This document shows positions 1 through 10,933 of a stretch of 44,869 nucleotides of DNA, in pieces. Positions within the stretch are counted from its first letter, which is position 1. The number at the start of each line of letters is the position of its first letter. Made by a program: the position numbers and the translations under genes. This stretch comes from Chrysochromulina tobinii (lineage: Eukaryota): assembly GCA_001275005.1 (NCBI GenBank), contig JWZX01002565.1, forward strand, positions 1-44,869, read 5' to 3'. A model generated the notes under the pieces. The model searched no databases and was not told where the DNA came from. It worked only from the letters and a program-made list of their open reading frames with translations.

Positions 1-957
1 GAGCAAGAGGATTGGGAAGTTCAGCGCCCGCGCGGCGGCCGTCGCGGCAGGCTTGCGGCGGCGGCGGCGGCGGCGCGACATCGGCAGGCGGCCGCGCGCC
101 TCGCACACGAGGCGAAGGAGCGTGAGAGGGAGCGCGAGATCCAGATTAGGAAGGATCGTGAGCGTGAGAGGCTGCGAGCGAAGCAGGAGCACGAGGAGCG
201 GCGCGCGCGCGACCGCGCACAGGCAGCTGCCAATGTGGAGGCGGCCGCCGCGTGTGTGGCTCGTGCGGCCGCTGCTACGTCGGCCGAGCAGGCGGTACGG
301 CTGCTTCGCAAGGCGGTCGGGCTGCAGCGGTTTGTGCTGCGCTACCGGTGCCTGCTGCTCCTGGCGCGCGTGCGTTGGGGTGCGCAGCTCGCACGAGAGG
401 GAGCTGCTCAATGGTGGGACGCACGACGCGGAGTCCTCGGCTACTTCACAGTGCTCTTCATCGTGCTCTTGGCGACGCTCGCTTTCGTCGTCGCGCTCGT
501 GGCGATGCTCCGATGGGCGCGAAGGATGCTGGAGCCGCGGTGCGAGCGCGCGCGCGCGCGCGAGCAGTACAGCTCGACCCGCACACCCTGGACAGGGCCC
601 ACGACGGCGCTCCTGTGTGGAGCGGAGAGTGGGCTGGGCAGCGCTTTGCAGGAGCTGGCGGAGCACCGGCGCACTCTGGCGCTCATGGTGTTGGTGATGG
701 TGACAAGTCTCCCGATGGTGCTCGCTTTGTGTCTCTCGGCTGACCGTTACGTAGCACTCGTCGACTTCGGCATTGACGGCTTGGTGCGCGTGTATGCGTT
801 GGTGTGCAGCGTGCCGAGGATGATGGCTGGCGCGCTACATGCCGTCGTGGGCGCCATCAAGCGCTTGGCGGACGATGTGTTCGCCGATCTCGAGCCGCCC
901 GAGGCTGAGGAGCCGCAAACGCACCGGCGGCGTCAGCAGCAGCAGCAGCAGCGTCAC

Positions 958-1007
<50 letters not shown>

Positions 1008-1542
1008 GCATCGGAACGGGTTCAGCTACAACCACGAGCACCGGCCCTCGCCGCCTCGGCCGGAGCGCCGTCCCGAGCGCCGTCCCGAGACGTTTACGGA
1101 GACGCTGCGGACACGCGCGATGAAGTTGCCCGAGGGCGAGGTGCGCAGCACGCTGCTCGCACGTGACCACTTCGAGGCGCTCGGGATCGCGCGAGATGCG
1201 AGCTCGACCGAAGCGAAGAAGGCGTTCCACAGGCTCGCGCTCAAGCTGCACCCCGACAAGAATAAGCAGGAGCTCGCCGAAGAAGCTTTCAAGCGCGTCG
1301 AGGAGGCCCATCGCACCCTAACCGACGCGAACCTGCGCAAGGCGTATGAACTCACGCTGCCGGACCCCGCACCAAGGCCGTCGGCTCGCCAGCCTGGGCA
1401 GCAGTACGGCACATACAATCATCACGAGGCCACGCCTGGGGCCAACACTCCTTGGGCCCCGTCAACCGGCCGACCACCTTCCGCTAAGGAGCGACCTTTC
1501 GTTTGGCGCAGCAAGAATGGCACTAAGTACCATGCAATGTGA
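1..1542 (+). CDS. DnaJ (Hsp40) J-domain membrane protein with polyQ tract; 5' end outside window
   Basis: Frame open from base 1 (EQEDWEVQR..., charged coiled coil). Hydrophobic TM segments are followed by a J domain DHFEALGI...AFHRLALKLHPDKN...AEEAFKRVEEAHRTL with the HPD motif. Stop TGA at 1540-1542. Confidence 0.85.
934..1005 (+). repeat. Coding CAG microsatellite: (CAG)6-CGTCACCGC-(CAG)15, polyglutamine
   Basis: Directly visible pure CAG runs in the DnaJ reading frame. Confidence 0.95.
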
Positions 1543-1586
1543 ATGATTACGGGGCCACTTCGGTGTTAACCAGTCAGAGAGAAATG

Positions 1587-2012
1587 CTACTCTATCACTG
1601 ACATACCTGAAGAGCGTGCCAGCGCAAGGCAGAACAGAGTTGCGACGCACACGCCTGTCGCCGGCAAGCCAAGGAGCCACAATAGCCCATTAGCTCGCTC
1701 AGCACGCACGTCATTCGACATGTCAACCCATTCCTCCTCTATACTGCGAATCCCGTACAGAAGCACTATATTGACGAGCCATGGACCGAGCAGTGCCGCA
1801 CCAGCCGCGCAGGACACACGTCCTGCATCATAGGCAGCCAAGGCGAATGCCGATGGGACGATTCCCGAAATGACTGAGGTAAGCTGGAGCGTCGAATCCG
1901 TCGGCAACCATATCGATCGAACCAAGTGGAACCGTTGTCGCCGCTTCGGCTGACATGAGTACCTTTGCAGGCTGCTTCGCGCGTCCAGCAGGTCGTCCAG
2001 CGTCGTACACAT
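1587..2012 (-). CDS. Possible small multi-pass membrane protein (hypothetical)
   Basis: ORF of about 141 aa with 2-3 hydrophobic segments that fills the gap between the DnaJ and JmjC genes. No recognisable family. Confidence 0.3.
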   Translation of the reverse strand: MCTTLDDLLDARSSLQRYSCQPKRRQRFHLVRSIWLPTDSTLQLTSVISGIVPSAFALAAYDAGRVSCAAGAALLGPWLVNIVLLYGIRSIEEEWVDMSNDVRAERANGLLWLLGLPATGVCVATLFCLALARSSGMSVIE

Positions 2013-2150
2013 CAACTTTTAGCTAAATGATGTCTCGTGAATTTGATTCGTCTTTTCGATACTCGAGTCGGCTCTCGCTGTGGGCGTTCCTTGGACGCGA
2101 CGAATAAAAACTTGCGAGCACAACAACCCGCGGGCCCCGCTCGCATAAGC

Positions 2151-3388
2151 ATGCGAAGCCGTATTCTCGTGACCGTCGCCCTCTTCAGCCTCACGGCGGC
2201 GGCGGCTGCGTCATGTGAGGAGTGGTGCAAGCACGCGTGCGAGGAGCTCAATGGCAACATCGAGCAGGAATGCGGCGGCTGCGACACCTCCGACCCGGCG
2301 TTCACGTGCCACCCTGAGGCGGCTAATTTTGCGAATCGCGGAGCTGCACCTCGCGGAGCTGTACCGCAGATGTATGAGCATCATGAGGACCGAGCCAACA
2401 CGGCCGCCTTTGACTACCACCCTCCGCACGTGCACGAGTCGGGAGCATGCGAATTTGAGATGATCATCGATCACAGAGAGGTGAACCGCACGTGGCTGCT
2501 CGGCTACAACAAGCCGGTGCTGGTCCGCGGCGCGACCGAGGACTGGTCCGCCCGGACCAAGTGGGAGTACGACTCGATGCTTAGGGTGTACGGAGACTCT
2601 GCATGTGCGTGAGCCCCCTTGCGCCTGCCCATGACGAGCCGCCGCGGCATGCAAGCCAGTGGCCGCCACCAGCCGCCACCGCTTGCCCCATTCATCCGCC
2701 TGCCGAAGAGGCTTCGTATCTGCCGCCGCCGGCCGGCTCACGTGTGCGCATGTGTGCTGCCGCAGATCACGTAGAGCATAGCGGCAACGTGCCTCTCGGC
2801 CAGCTGCTCCAACGCACAGGCAAATACAACATGGGCCACATGGTCTGGCCTGCGGACGATTGTTATAAGGAGCTGTTCCGCCCGTATTCGCCCTTCCTCT
2901 CGACGACCGCTGCGGATTACGAGGTGCCATCGTACCTGAAGCCGATGCGCACGTTTCAGATGGGCATCGGCACGGGCGAGGGCATCGGCGTGCCTCCAGA
3001 GAACCACCCTTCCTCCTGGTTCGCCGCGGTGGTAGGGCGGAAGCGGTGGATCTTGACTCCTCCCGGGCCGCAGCCGCCACCGGCGATGCTCAACTATCCG
3101 GGCTGCCTCGTGCAGAAAAAGGCGACGGCAAGCCTAACGTGCGATCAGCTCGCGGGCGATATCCTCTGGGTGCCCGACTGGTGGTGGCATGAGACGTGCG
3201 GTCTCGACAACTTTTCTGTGGGCATCGGCGGCATCACTTACGAGAACGCCGACAAAGACACTCGGACTCGGCCGTGCGCCGTGAGCGAGGGCGAGTATCG
3301 CTCACAAGACATCAAGTACTGCCAGGAGCACGGCTGCCCGGGGCTCGAGAACGCTACCATCAAGAAGCCGACCTCCCAGCGAGCTTAG
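2151..3388 (+). CDS. Secreted JmjC/cupin protein, JMJD8-like; exons 2151-2604, 2766-3388
   Basis: Signal peptide MRSRILVTVALFSLTAAAAA; NKPVLVRGATEDW; GVPPENH...VVGRKRWILTPP...QLAGDILWVPDWWWHETCGLD. A GTGCGT..GCAG intron at 2605-2765 joins the two ORFs in frame (GDSAY-HVEH). Confidence 0.8.
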
Positions 3389-3709
3389 TCGCATTGTTTT
3401 TAATGCCTGTGAGAGAGGGTCGCCGCAGCGTATTCGGTATTGAGCATTTGCAAGAATTGGGTTGAAGTTATTGAGAGAGTCACAGACACACACTCTTGAG
3501 AGGTCCACACCGCACGAGAATGCTAAAATCTCTAATCGGATTGTAAGTTGAAACTGGGCACCCCCGCCCGCAGGTCTGCTCGACAGGGCTGCAGGACGGG
3601 CTGGAGGGGAACAAACGTTGACGAGTTTACGAACAGAGATGCTGCCGAGCGGGGCGTCGTGCGCGGGCGCCGAGCGATACGGACTGAGGGCACGTGCCAT
3701 TCTCGTTCT

Positions 3710-6700
3710 CTAAGCGCCAAAGGCGACCCCGCCGCGCGCGAGCGTGGGCCGCGCCATCGTCGTCCCACCAAAGCTCGTCGCCGGCCGCGCCGGGGTGGCC
3801 CTCTGGCCATGCGCGCGCTCGGCGAGATCGCGTCGCTGCGTGAACGAGCCAGGACCAGCGCTCGGCACAGCGCTTGACATTCGAGGAGCTGCCGGACGCG
3901 GCGCAGCGTTCCGTTGCAGCAACTCATCGTAGGCTGAGCGCCGAGCAGGGGCGTCCGAAGCGTCACCAGAGCCCGCACCCGGCAGCGGCGGCGGCGGCGC
4001 CACGCGTGGCGACGCCGCGACGCCGCCCATGGTGCTGTATGGATGGCCTGCGGCGCCCAGGGAGGAGGGAGCGGGCCCGCGGCAACTGCACCGGCTCAAA
4101 AAGGCAGCGCCACTGCCACCGGCGGCGAAGGCGGACGAGTAGGCGGGCGTGGAGGGCGTCGCGTGCGAGCGGCTGAGCGGCGACGCGCCGTACCGAGCGC
4201 CCCCCGTCTCGAGGGCAGCCAGCATAGCGGCCGCCTCCTCCCTCTCAGCCCACTGGACGTGCGCCTCGGCCATCGCGTCGTACCGGTACGGCGCCTCGGC
4301 CGGTGCATCGTGCTCGAGGGGCGTCTCGCCGACTTCGGAAGCGCGGCGGGCCGCCTCGTGTCGGTTAGCTCGGGCCGCCGCAACGACCTCGTTGGCGGCG
4401 GCGGCCTTGTTCGCCGCGGCGAGATCGGCGGCGAGATCGGCGCGAGCAGTGGCCGAGGTGGTGGCGTAGATTGGGCGAGAAGCACTTCCCGGGTAACTCC
4501 CCGGGTACCTGCCGGGGTACTTGAGGCCCTCGAGCGGGTCGGTGTGTGAGAGGCTCGACACGGCGCTCGGCATGGCGCTCGAGGCTTCACGAGTGGTCGA
4601 CGAAGGCCATGCCTTGCGCTCCACGAGCATTGGATCTCGTTGCGCGAGCATTGAATCTCGTTGCCCGAGCATTGGATCTCGTTGCGCGAGCATTGGATCT
4701 CGTTGCGCGAGCATGCGATCTCGTTGTGCGAGCACGTGCTCGAACTCAGCCTGGCTCTGCTCGAGGGCAGCGTTGATCTCGGCGGCGGCCGCCTCCTCTG
4801 CAGCGGCTTCCGAGTCGTACGCCAACGACGCGGCTGCGGCCGCCTCCTTCTCTGCCTCTGCCTCGGCCGCCGCTGCCTCAGCCGCCGCCGCCGCCGCTGC
4901 CTGCTCCTCCGCAGCCGCCTCCGCCTCATAAGCCGCCGCCAACGCCTCGGCTGCCTGCTTGTCCATCGCCTCGTCCGCCGCCTCGTCCGCCGCCATGTGC
5001 GCCGCCATCTCGGCGTGAGCGTCCGCCTCCGCCTGCCTCCCCAGGCGCAACCACGCCCGCGCGCCGTCCGTTGCCTTGGGCAACGGCCGCGGCGAGGGCG
5101 GCGGGAAGCGCGGCGCCGAAGGCGAGCTTCCTATCATGGATGGGCCGCATGAGCGCGGCGAGGAGGGCGAGGGTCCATCCCAGCTTCGTGATATGGGCGG
5201 ACCTCGATCGCTGTCGGCACCGCCGTCGGCACCGCCATCGGCGCCGCCACCGGCGCCGGCGGCGGCTTTGCGGCTGCGCAGGTGGTTCGCGATCGACAGT
5301 GAGATCGAATCGAGAGCGTCGAGCTCGCGGCTAAGCACGCGCACCGCCGGCGCGCCCCTCGCCATCATGTCGTTGAGCATCGAGCCCAGGTTCTCATCCG
5401 CCGTCTTGCTCTGCAGCGACCACTTACGCCGTTCGGCCTCCTGCTGCTGCGCCTGCTGCTGCAGTGCGGCGCGCGCGGCGGCGGCCTCCTCATGCGCTTC
5501 CCGCAGCGTCGCGCGCATGCCGGCCTCGTCACCCGCGCGCTCCGCTAGCGCCGCCTGCAGCATGCGCACTTCGGCCCTCTGCTCACCTGAGGATGGAGGC
5601 AATCAGAGAGGCGATCATAGGCGATCATAGGCGCTCAGAGGCGCTCAGAGGCGCTCAGAGGCGCTCAGAGGCGCTCAGAGGCGATCATAGGCTCACCAAG
5701 GGCCTCTCGCAGCTCCAGCACCTCGGCCGCGGCCGCAGCACTCTCGCCCGACTCGAGCAGCCGGCTCTGCTGCAGCTGCTGCCGACGCGCCCCTTCCTCC
5801 TGCTTGAGCCTTAGTTGGCTCAGGCCGAGCTGCTCGCGTACCTGATGAGGGGCGCAATTAGGGGTTCAGCACCTGATGAGGGAGGTAATCAGGGGGCTCA
5901 GCTTGGTTCTACCCTCGCTGCTCGCGCACGGCCATCAGGTGCATCTCCGCCGCCTCCAAAAGTTGCCCCTGGCTCTCGCCGTACGCTTCGCTTCCCCACA
6001 GCTCGTCCGCGAGTAGCGCCGTCTCAAGCGCGCCGCGCCGCGAGCGGGCACGCGCGGGGCGCACGAGGCAGCTGCGTACCCAGCGGCCGAAGATGGCCGC
6101 GAGCAGCCGCCTGCGCGCACTCTCGATCGCGAGCCGGCTTGCTGCCTCGAGGGCCACCTGATGGGGCTTGCAATCAGAGGCGATTAGAGGCGATCCGAGG
6201 CAATTAGAGGCATCAGAGGTCATCAGAGGTCATCAGAGGCCATCAGAGGTCATCAGAGGTCATCAGAGGCCATCACATCAGAGGCCATCACATCAGAGGC
6301 AATCAGCAGCGATCAGAGGAGACCAGAGGCAATTAGAGGCGACCAGAGGCGACCCGAGGCGATCCGTGGCGATCAGAGGCCCTCAGAGGCACCTCGCGTT
6401 GCTCCTCCGCGCTGAGGGTCAACTGCTCGAGGCGCGCCGCCTCGGTGCGCGCGCGCTCTAGCTCGCTCAGGCGAGCATGCAACTCGAGTCGAAGCTCGCG
6501 CTCCGGACCCATGGGCGTGAGAGGCGGCGCCGGTATGCTTGTCGCTGTGGGGAATTGGGAGGCGAGCACCTCGGCCGCGTACGATGCGTGCGCTGGCCCT
6601 CGCTCCGGCCTGTCACGCTGGGTTGCGCTGGAGCCGCCGCCGCCGCCGCCGTAGCCGATCCCGCGTTGGATCATCGCGTTGGGCGGCAGAGGCGCGATGG

Positions 6701-7439
6701 GGTCTCGATGCACGTCGCGCTGCACGACCGTGCTTGAAGAGACGCAGGCAGCTTCATATGCCTCGGCAGTGTAAGCCAGCAGCGGATGCATCGTGCCATC
6801 GCGGCCAGCCCGCGGCGTGGCGTCACCGCGCCGTGGCGTCACGACACCGAGGCTCGAGTGCGGAGCCGTCGCGCCTGAAGCGTGGCTGCCGCCGCCGCCC
6901 GTGTGGAAGCTCACGCGACGGCTCTCGGCGTCCGGCTGCCCACTGCCGCCAGCTGAGGTGGCGAAGAGGCGCGCGGCGGGCGTCATCGATGGCGGGCGTA
7001 AGCCCGACGGTCGAAGAGTGGCTGGCGCTTCCGACACGGGCGGTGGGGGCGGCGCCGGCACGTGCAGCGTCGTGGTCACCGTGTAGTAGCACGTCTCTCG
7101 CCGATGGGCGGAGTAGTTGCACACGCCGACGCAGAGAATATCGCAGCCCGTGGGCAGAGCGACGGTGACCGAGTGCTCGGCGCGCTCTGCATCAAAGGCC
7201 TCCTGGTCCCACGCATCAGCTACTATCTTGCCGCGGCGCGGCACGGATGGCGGCTCCGTACCGAAGCGGACCATGAGCAACGGGTCGCCGCCCTTGCGCT
7301 TGAGCCGCACGGTGAGCTGCGCACCCTCGGCGGCGGCAGGCCGCAGCGGCAGCTGGAACGTGGTGGTGCTGCCGCTGAGCGTGGACGTACTGTGCGAACC
7401 GTTGGGCTTGAGAACGGCTTGGAAGGTGGTCGCACTCAT
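3710..7439 (-). CDS. Large protein with N-terminal PPC-like beta-sandwich, coiled coil and low-complexity tail; exons 7439-6393, 6157-5930, 5841-5697, 5586-3710
   Basis: The ORF pieces are joined in frame by three GT-AG introns (6158-6392, 5842-5929, 5587-5696). The N-terminus LTVRLKRKGGDPLLMVRFG...LCVGVCNY...YYTVT resembles pre-peptidase C-terminal domains. E/A/Q-rich heptads follow. Confidence 0.65.
4625..4734 (-). repeat. 21-nt tandem repeat x5 (encodes MLAQRDP heptads)
   Basis: Contiguous copies of plus-strand GAGCATTGGATCTCGTTGCGC with few mismatches and no spacers. Confidence 0.9.
5587..5696 (-). repeat. Intron made of 10-nt repeats (CCTCTGAGCG/CCTATGATCG)
   Basis: g|GTGAGC ... ctgattgcctccatcctcAG|gtgagc. 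Removal restores the frame (ALG-EQRAE). Confidence 0.85.
5842..5929 (-). other. Intron with duplicated CCCTCATCAG-GT acceptor and 5' end copying the downstream exon
   Basis: The intron starts gtgcgcgagcagc and the next exon starts gtacgcgagcagc. Phase-0 removal gives LMA-VREQLGL. Confidence 0.7.
6158..6392 (-). repeat. Intron made of ~10-nt repeats (CCTCTGATGA/CCTCTGATTG)
   Basis: gag|GTGCCT ... ctgattgcaagccccatcAG|gtg. Phase-0 removal gives EQRE-VALE. Confidence 0.85.
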
Positions 7440-7579
7440 TGTCGGCAAGCGTCGATTGGCGGGTGAGGCGGAGTCGGCCCTAAACTTCACAGTCCCTCGG
7501 CGTTGCTGTGAATTGCGCCCAACAGGGCGCTTCGCGTGGGTACGCGAGGGACTCGACTAGAAAACTTAGGTGGAATTGG

Positions 7580-8638
7580 TCAGGACTGCGCGACGCGGCC
7601 GCGCGCGGCGGCCGCGAAGACACGCATGTAGGTGTTATCTGTGTGTCGTCCAGTGGGACGGGTAAGAGCCCGATCGCGGCACCATATGGCGGTTGGCCTG
7701 CTGACAGTATGCGCATTCTTGGTCAAGCACCCCGCAGCCTGCCGCGCCCATTGGAGCTGCGGCGTCTCCAGCACCTTGTCGAACGACACGATGCGAAAGC
7801 CCAGCCGGTGTGCGACTGTGGCCATCTGAGGCAACACTTGCGCAGTCCATGTTGTGTCATGTAACACGACGAGCAAGCCGTGCTTGCGCGACGTATTATG
7901 ATCAAGAAGCATCGACTCCCAGCTCGCGAGTGCCATCTGCGGACCTTTCTCATCGGCGTCTTTTCTGTCACTGAAGTCCACGTCATGTGCGTTGCCCGTC
8001 CAGCCGACGTGAAGATATTGCCTAGCGTGTAGGAAGTCGAGCACACGCCAGTCAATCTGCCCGAAGGGCGCGCGAAACATCACAGGCGGCTCGCCGATGA
8101 CTTTGCGGAAGACCCTCTCCACGACTGCCACCGCGGTCGTCAAGTTCTCGATCAAAGGCATCGGCGGCCAGTGTCTGTCGGCGTGCGAGCCGACAATGTG
8201 TCCTCTGGCCGCCATGGCTGCAAGAAGTACCGGATCGACCACCGCATTGACGAAGAACCCCGCACTGACGCCGAGTCGATCGAGGGCATCCAGGATGGCA
8301 GTAGTCGAGCTGTTCCGTCCGCGAGATATCAGCTTCCTTTGTACCACGCTGGATCCCGCGTCATCAAAGCTCAGGGCCACCTCGCGCGCGCGCAGAGCTG
8401 TGCCATTGATGTCGTCCCATACCGGCGGCCACACCGTGCAGTTCTGCGAACTTTGATGAGTCACGCCACACATCAGCTTGGCGCCCTTCGCACTGACAAA
8501 CTCTCCCCGGCATCCATTTGAAACCCAGTATGAAGAGGGCGGGCCACGCGATTCTTGCGAGCACCCGAAACTCACGTTCGCAATGCAGCGCGCATGCGAA
8601 TAGCGTTGCACGAGCTGCACCTCGCAGTTATCGACCAT
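7580..8638 (-). CDS. CE4/NodB polysaccharide deacetylase with N-terminal DUF3011-like Cys-rich module
   Basis: All five CE4 motifs are recognisable: ALSFDDAG, GSHADRH, FRAPFG, AHDVDF, VVLHD. N-terminal module VQLVQRYSHARC...YWVSNGCRGEF. The true start may lie in an upstream exon. Confidence 0.8.
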   Translation of the reverse strand: MVDNCEVQLVQRYSHARCIANVSFGCSQESRGPPSSYWVSNGCRGEFVSAKGAKLMCGVTHQSSQNCTVWPPVWDDINGTALRAREVALSFDDAGSSVVQRKLISRGRNSSTTAILDALDRLGVSAGFFVNAVVDPVLLAAMAARGHIVGSHADRHWPPMPLIENLTTAVAVVERVFRKVIGEPPVMFRAPFGQIDWRVLDFLHARQYLHVGWTGNAHDVDFSDRKDADEKGPQMALASWESMLLDHNTSRKHGLLVVLHDTTWTAQVLPQMATVAHRLGFRIVSFDKVLETPQLQWARQAAGCLTKNAHTVSRPTAIWCRDRALTRPTGRHTDNTYMRVFAAAARGRVAQS

Positions 8639-9080
8639 GCCTTACACAGAGCCACCTCGAGGACGCCTCAAGGACGCCTCAAGGAAGTCGATGAGGTTGG
8701 AAACGCAACATATTCAGGAAACGTAGAAATGGATAAACTTCACACACACACCTTGACCCTTAGAAGGGCGACGTGCCTATACTTAAGCCTATACGGTGAG
8801 CTTGAAGCTCATGGCGGGTGCGGCGAGAATGGTTGTTGCGTCCGCGAGAACGACGGCCGCCGTGCGATACCGAGTAGCGCGCACGGATGCACCAGAGCCT
8901 CCGACGTTAGTGGAGCGCACATTCACCGTGGCGTTGAAGGATTTGGTCCGCGCACGGCCCACGCCACACAAGAAACTCGTGCCTGTGTGAACGTTCGGGT
9001 GTCCATGACCGACTGCGGGCTCCACCCAATCCTCATCCGCGACCGCGTCCTCTTGAACGCAGTACAGTACATGTACGGAT

Positions 9081-10376
9081 TCAAATGGTCATTTCGCCCT
9101 CGCCGCCGCCGACGGGGCCGCCGCCACCAGGGTAAGCGTCCCGTATGAGACGGATGTCGTGCACGGCCCACAGTGGCAGCCCAAAGATCTGGGTGAGCTC
9201 TCGCGTCGATCGGAAAGCTGCCAGCGCACGCAGCGGGATGGCGAACTCGCGAAGGGCGTCTGCCCACGCGAGCCCTCGCCGCGCGATGAAGAGGTTCTGC
9301 GTCGCATCAAACTCCTCTATCTCGCAGTAGCGGCGTGAGAAGAGGCCGCTCTCGTGCGGCGCACACTTGTATGCAAGCCGGCTGCCGCAGGCATCTCGCC
9401 ACGAGAGCAGGAGCAGCAGCCCACGCACGCCAGCGACCTCGAGGCGCAGGTGCGAGGCGCACGCGCAGAGCTCCGCGAGCACGACGGCCACGTCGAGCAT
9501 GCGCGCGAGCAGGGGGTATCGCCAAGCTGCTGCTGCGGCCACGTCGGGCTGCGCAGCAGGCATCGCACGCAGCACGGAGCGCGCCAGGCGGCAGGCGAGG
9601 CCCACGAAGTGCGTCGAGCGGCACAGCATCACCTCGTGCGCCGTTCGATCTCGTCCGAGCTCAAAGAGGGTGTGGCGTGCGTCGCGCGCAAAGGCGATCA
9701 CCAGTAACGCGAACGGTCGTAACTTGGCGAGCAGCTCGGCGACGCCCTCGTGGCGGGGGTCGTCGGGGTGGAGGAAACGCTGGACGACGGAGAGGAGGTG
9801 TGCGCTCAAGAGCCAGCGGCAGACCGCCCGCAACCGCGTGTCGGAGGCGCGCGGCAGCGGCGCGAAGGATGGGCGCATCGCGTCCTGCGCCTCCTCCCAG
9901 CAATGTCCCGAGAAGACGTACAGCGCGAGCGCCGACTTGCCCATGGCGAAGCGCACGCCGTCCACGAGCTTGCGCAGTTGCTGTGTCTCCCGTCGCGCGA
10001 GCAGGTTGTAATGCCATACCCACCCTCGCTCAGTTGAGCCGAGGCTGCCGAATTCAGCGTGCAAGCTCACGACGGGGGTTATGCAGAGCGGGCAGCGCGC
10101 TGCCGGCGTGTGTGGCACCTGCCGCTCCGCCCACGAGCGGAAGCAGTGGACGCAAAAGCGGTGGCCGCATGAGGTGCGGCATGGATGGCTGGGCACCTCG
10201 AGGCAGATGGCACAATGGTCCTCTTCCTCCTCAGCCCGCTGGGCAGCGACGGCTAGACCTGCGGCGGCAGGCTGGCGCCCGCGCCGCCCAGACCAGCGGA
10301 GGAGCAGTGCCGCCGTCGCCACCACGCCGCAGCCCGCCGTGACGACGACGATCATCCGGTATGAAGATGACTGCAT
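9081..10376 (-). CDS. Membrane-anchored C3HC4 RING E3 ligase (RNF170-like)
   Basis: N-terminal TM (MIVVVTAGCGVVATAALLL), then CAICLEVPSHPCRTSCGHRFCVHC...CPLC, and further hydrophobic segments downstream. Confidence 0.75.
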   Translation of the reverse strand: MQSSSYRMIVVVTAGCGVVATAALLLRWSGRRGRQPAAAGLAVAAQRAEEEEDHCAICLEVPSHPCRTSCGHRFCVHCFRSWAERQVPHTPAARCPLCITPVVSLHAEFGSLGSTERGWVWHYNLLARRETQQLRKLVDGVRFAMGKSALALYVFSGHCWEEAQDAMRPSFAPLPRASDTRLRAVCRWLLSAHLLSVVQRFLHPDDPRHEGVAELLAKLRPFALLVIAFARDARHTLFELGRDRTAHEVMLCRSTHFVGLACRLARSVLRAMPAAQPDVAAAAAWRYPLLARMLDVAVVLAELCACASHLRLEVAGVRGLLLLLSWRDACGSRLAYKCAPHESGLFSRRYCEIEEFDATQNLFIARRGLAWADALREFAIPLRALAAFRSTRELTQIFGLPLWAVHDIRLIRDAYPGGGGPVGGGEGEMTI

Positions 10377-10933
10377 TGGACACGTGTGGAAATTCCCTCT
10401 AGGCCCTGGCAATTCCCTATCATAAGCAATTCCTAAACTCCTCCTGGACTGTGTACAGTACTGAAATCCTCTCCTTTGGGATCGGGGGGAGCCGGGACAC
10501 ACACGGGATAGTTACACAGGACTGCACAGGGATCACGCAGACGAACCTCACAACCAAACCGACTTCCGACTACAAGTACCGTAACCGACGCACAACCACA
10601 AGCACGCCACGCCAAGCGCAAGCGCGGCCGACTCAGAATCTGTGAGCATGCAGTAAGAGGCAGCCCCCTGCGAGTTCCAAGTATACAAACTTGTTATTCA
10701 ACACCCCAAATTCAGATTTCCGTTGAGCGGAGTTTCCGAATTTAATTGCATTTTCTCCAGACACCGCAATTCAGGGGGTCCTGCCCATGTGTAGGTAGCT
10801 TGGTAAGTTACAAAGTTCTCTCCAGACCCGAGAGCGCGGTAACTTGCCCCTTTTTGGCAGACACTATGCGCTCTCAGCGCTGCAGCTCAGCGCAGCGCAG
10901 TGAGAAGGCGCGAGCAGCCGTCCCTGGAGGATC

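Noticed and set aside
4625..4734. CRISPR-like array
   Set aside because: The repeats are contiguous with no unique spacers, lie in a eukaryotic reading frame, and have no cas genes nearby.
5587..6392. Autonomous transposon or MITE
   Set aside because: No transposase/RT ORF or terminal inverted repeats were seen, so these are reported as repeat-built introns instead.
8640..9080. Short ORFs between the CE4 and RING genes
   Set aside because: No motif or convincing coding signature. Likely UTR/promoter sequence.
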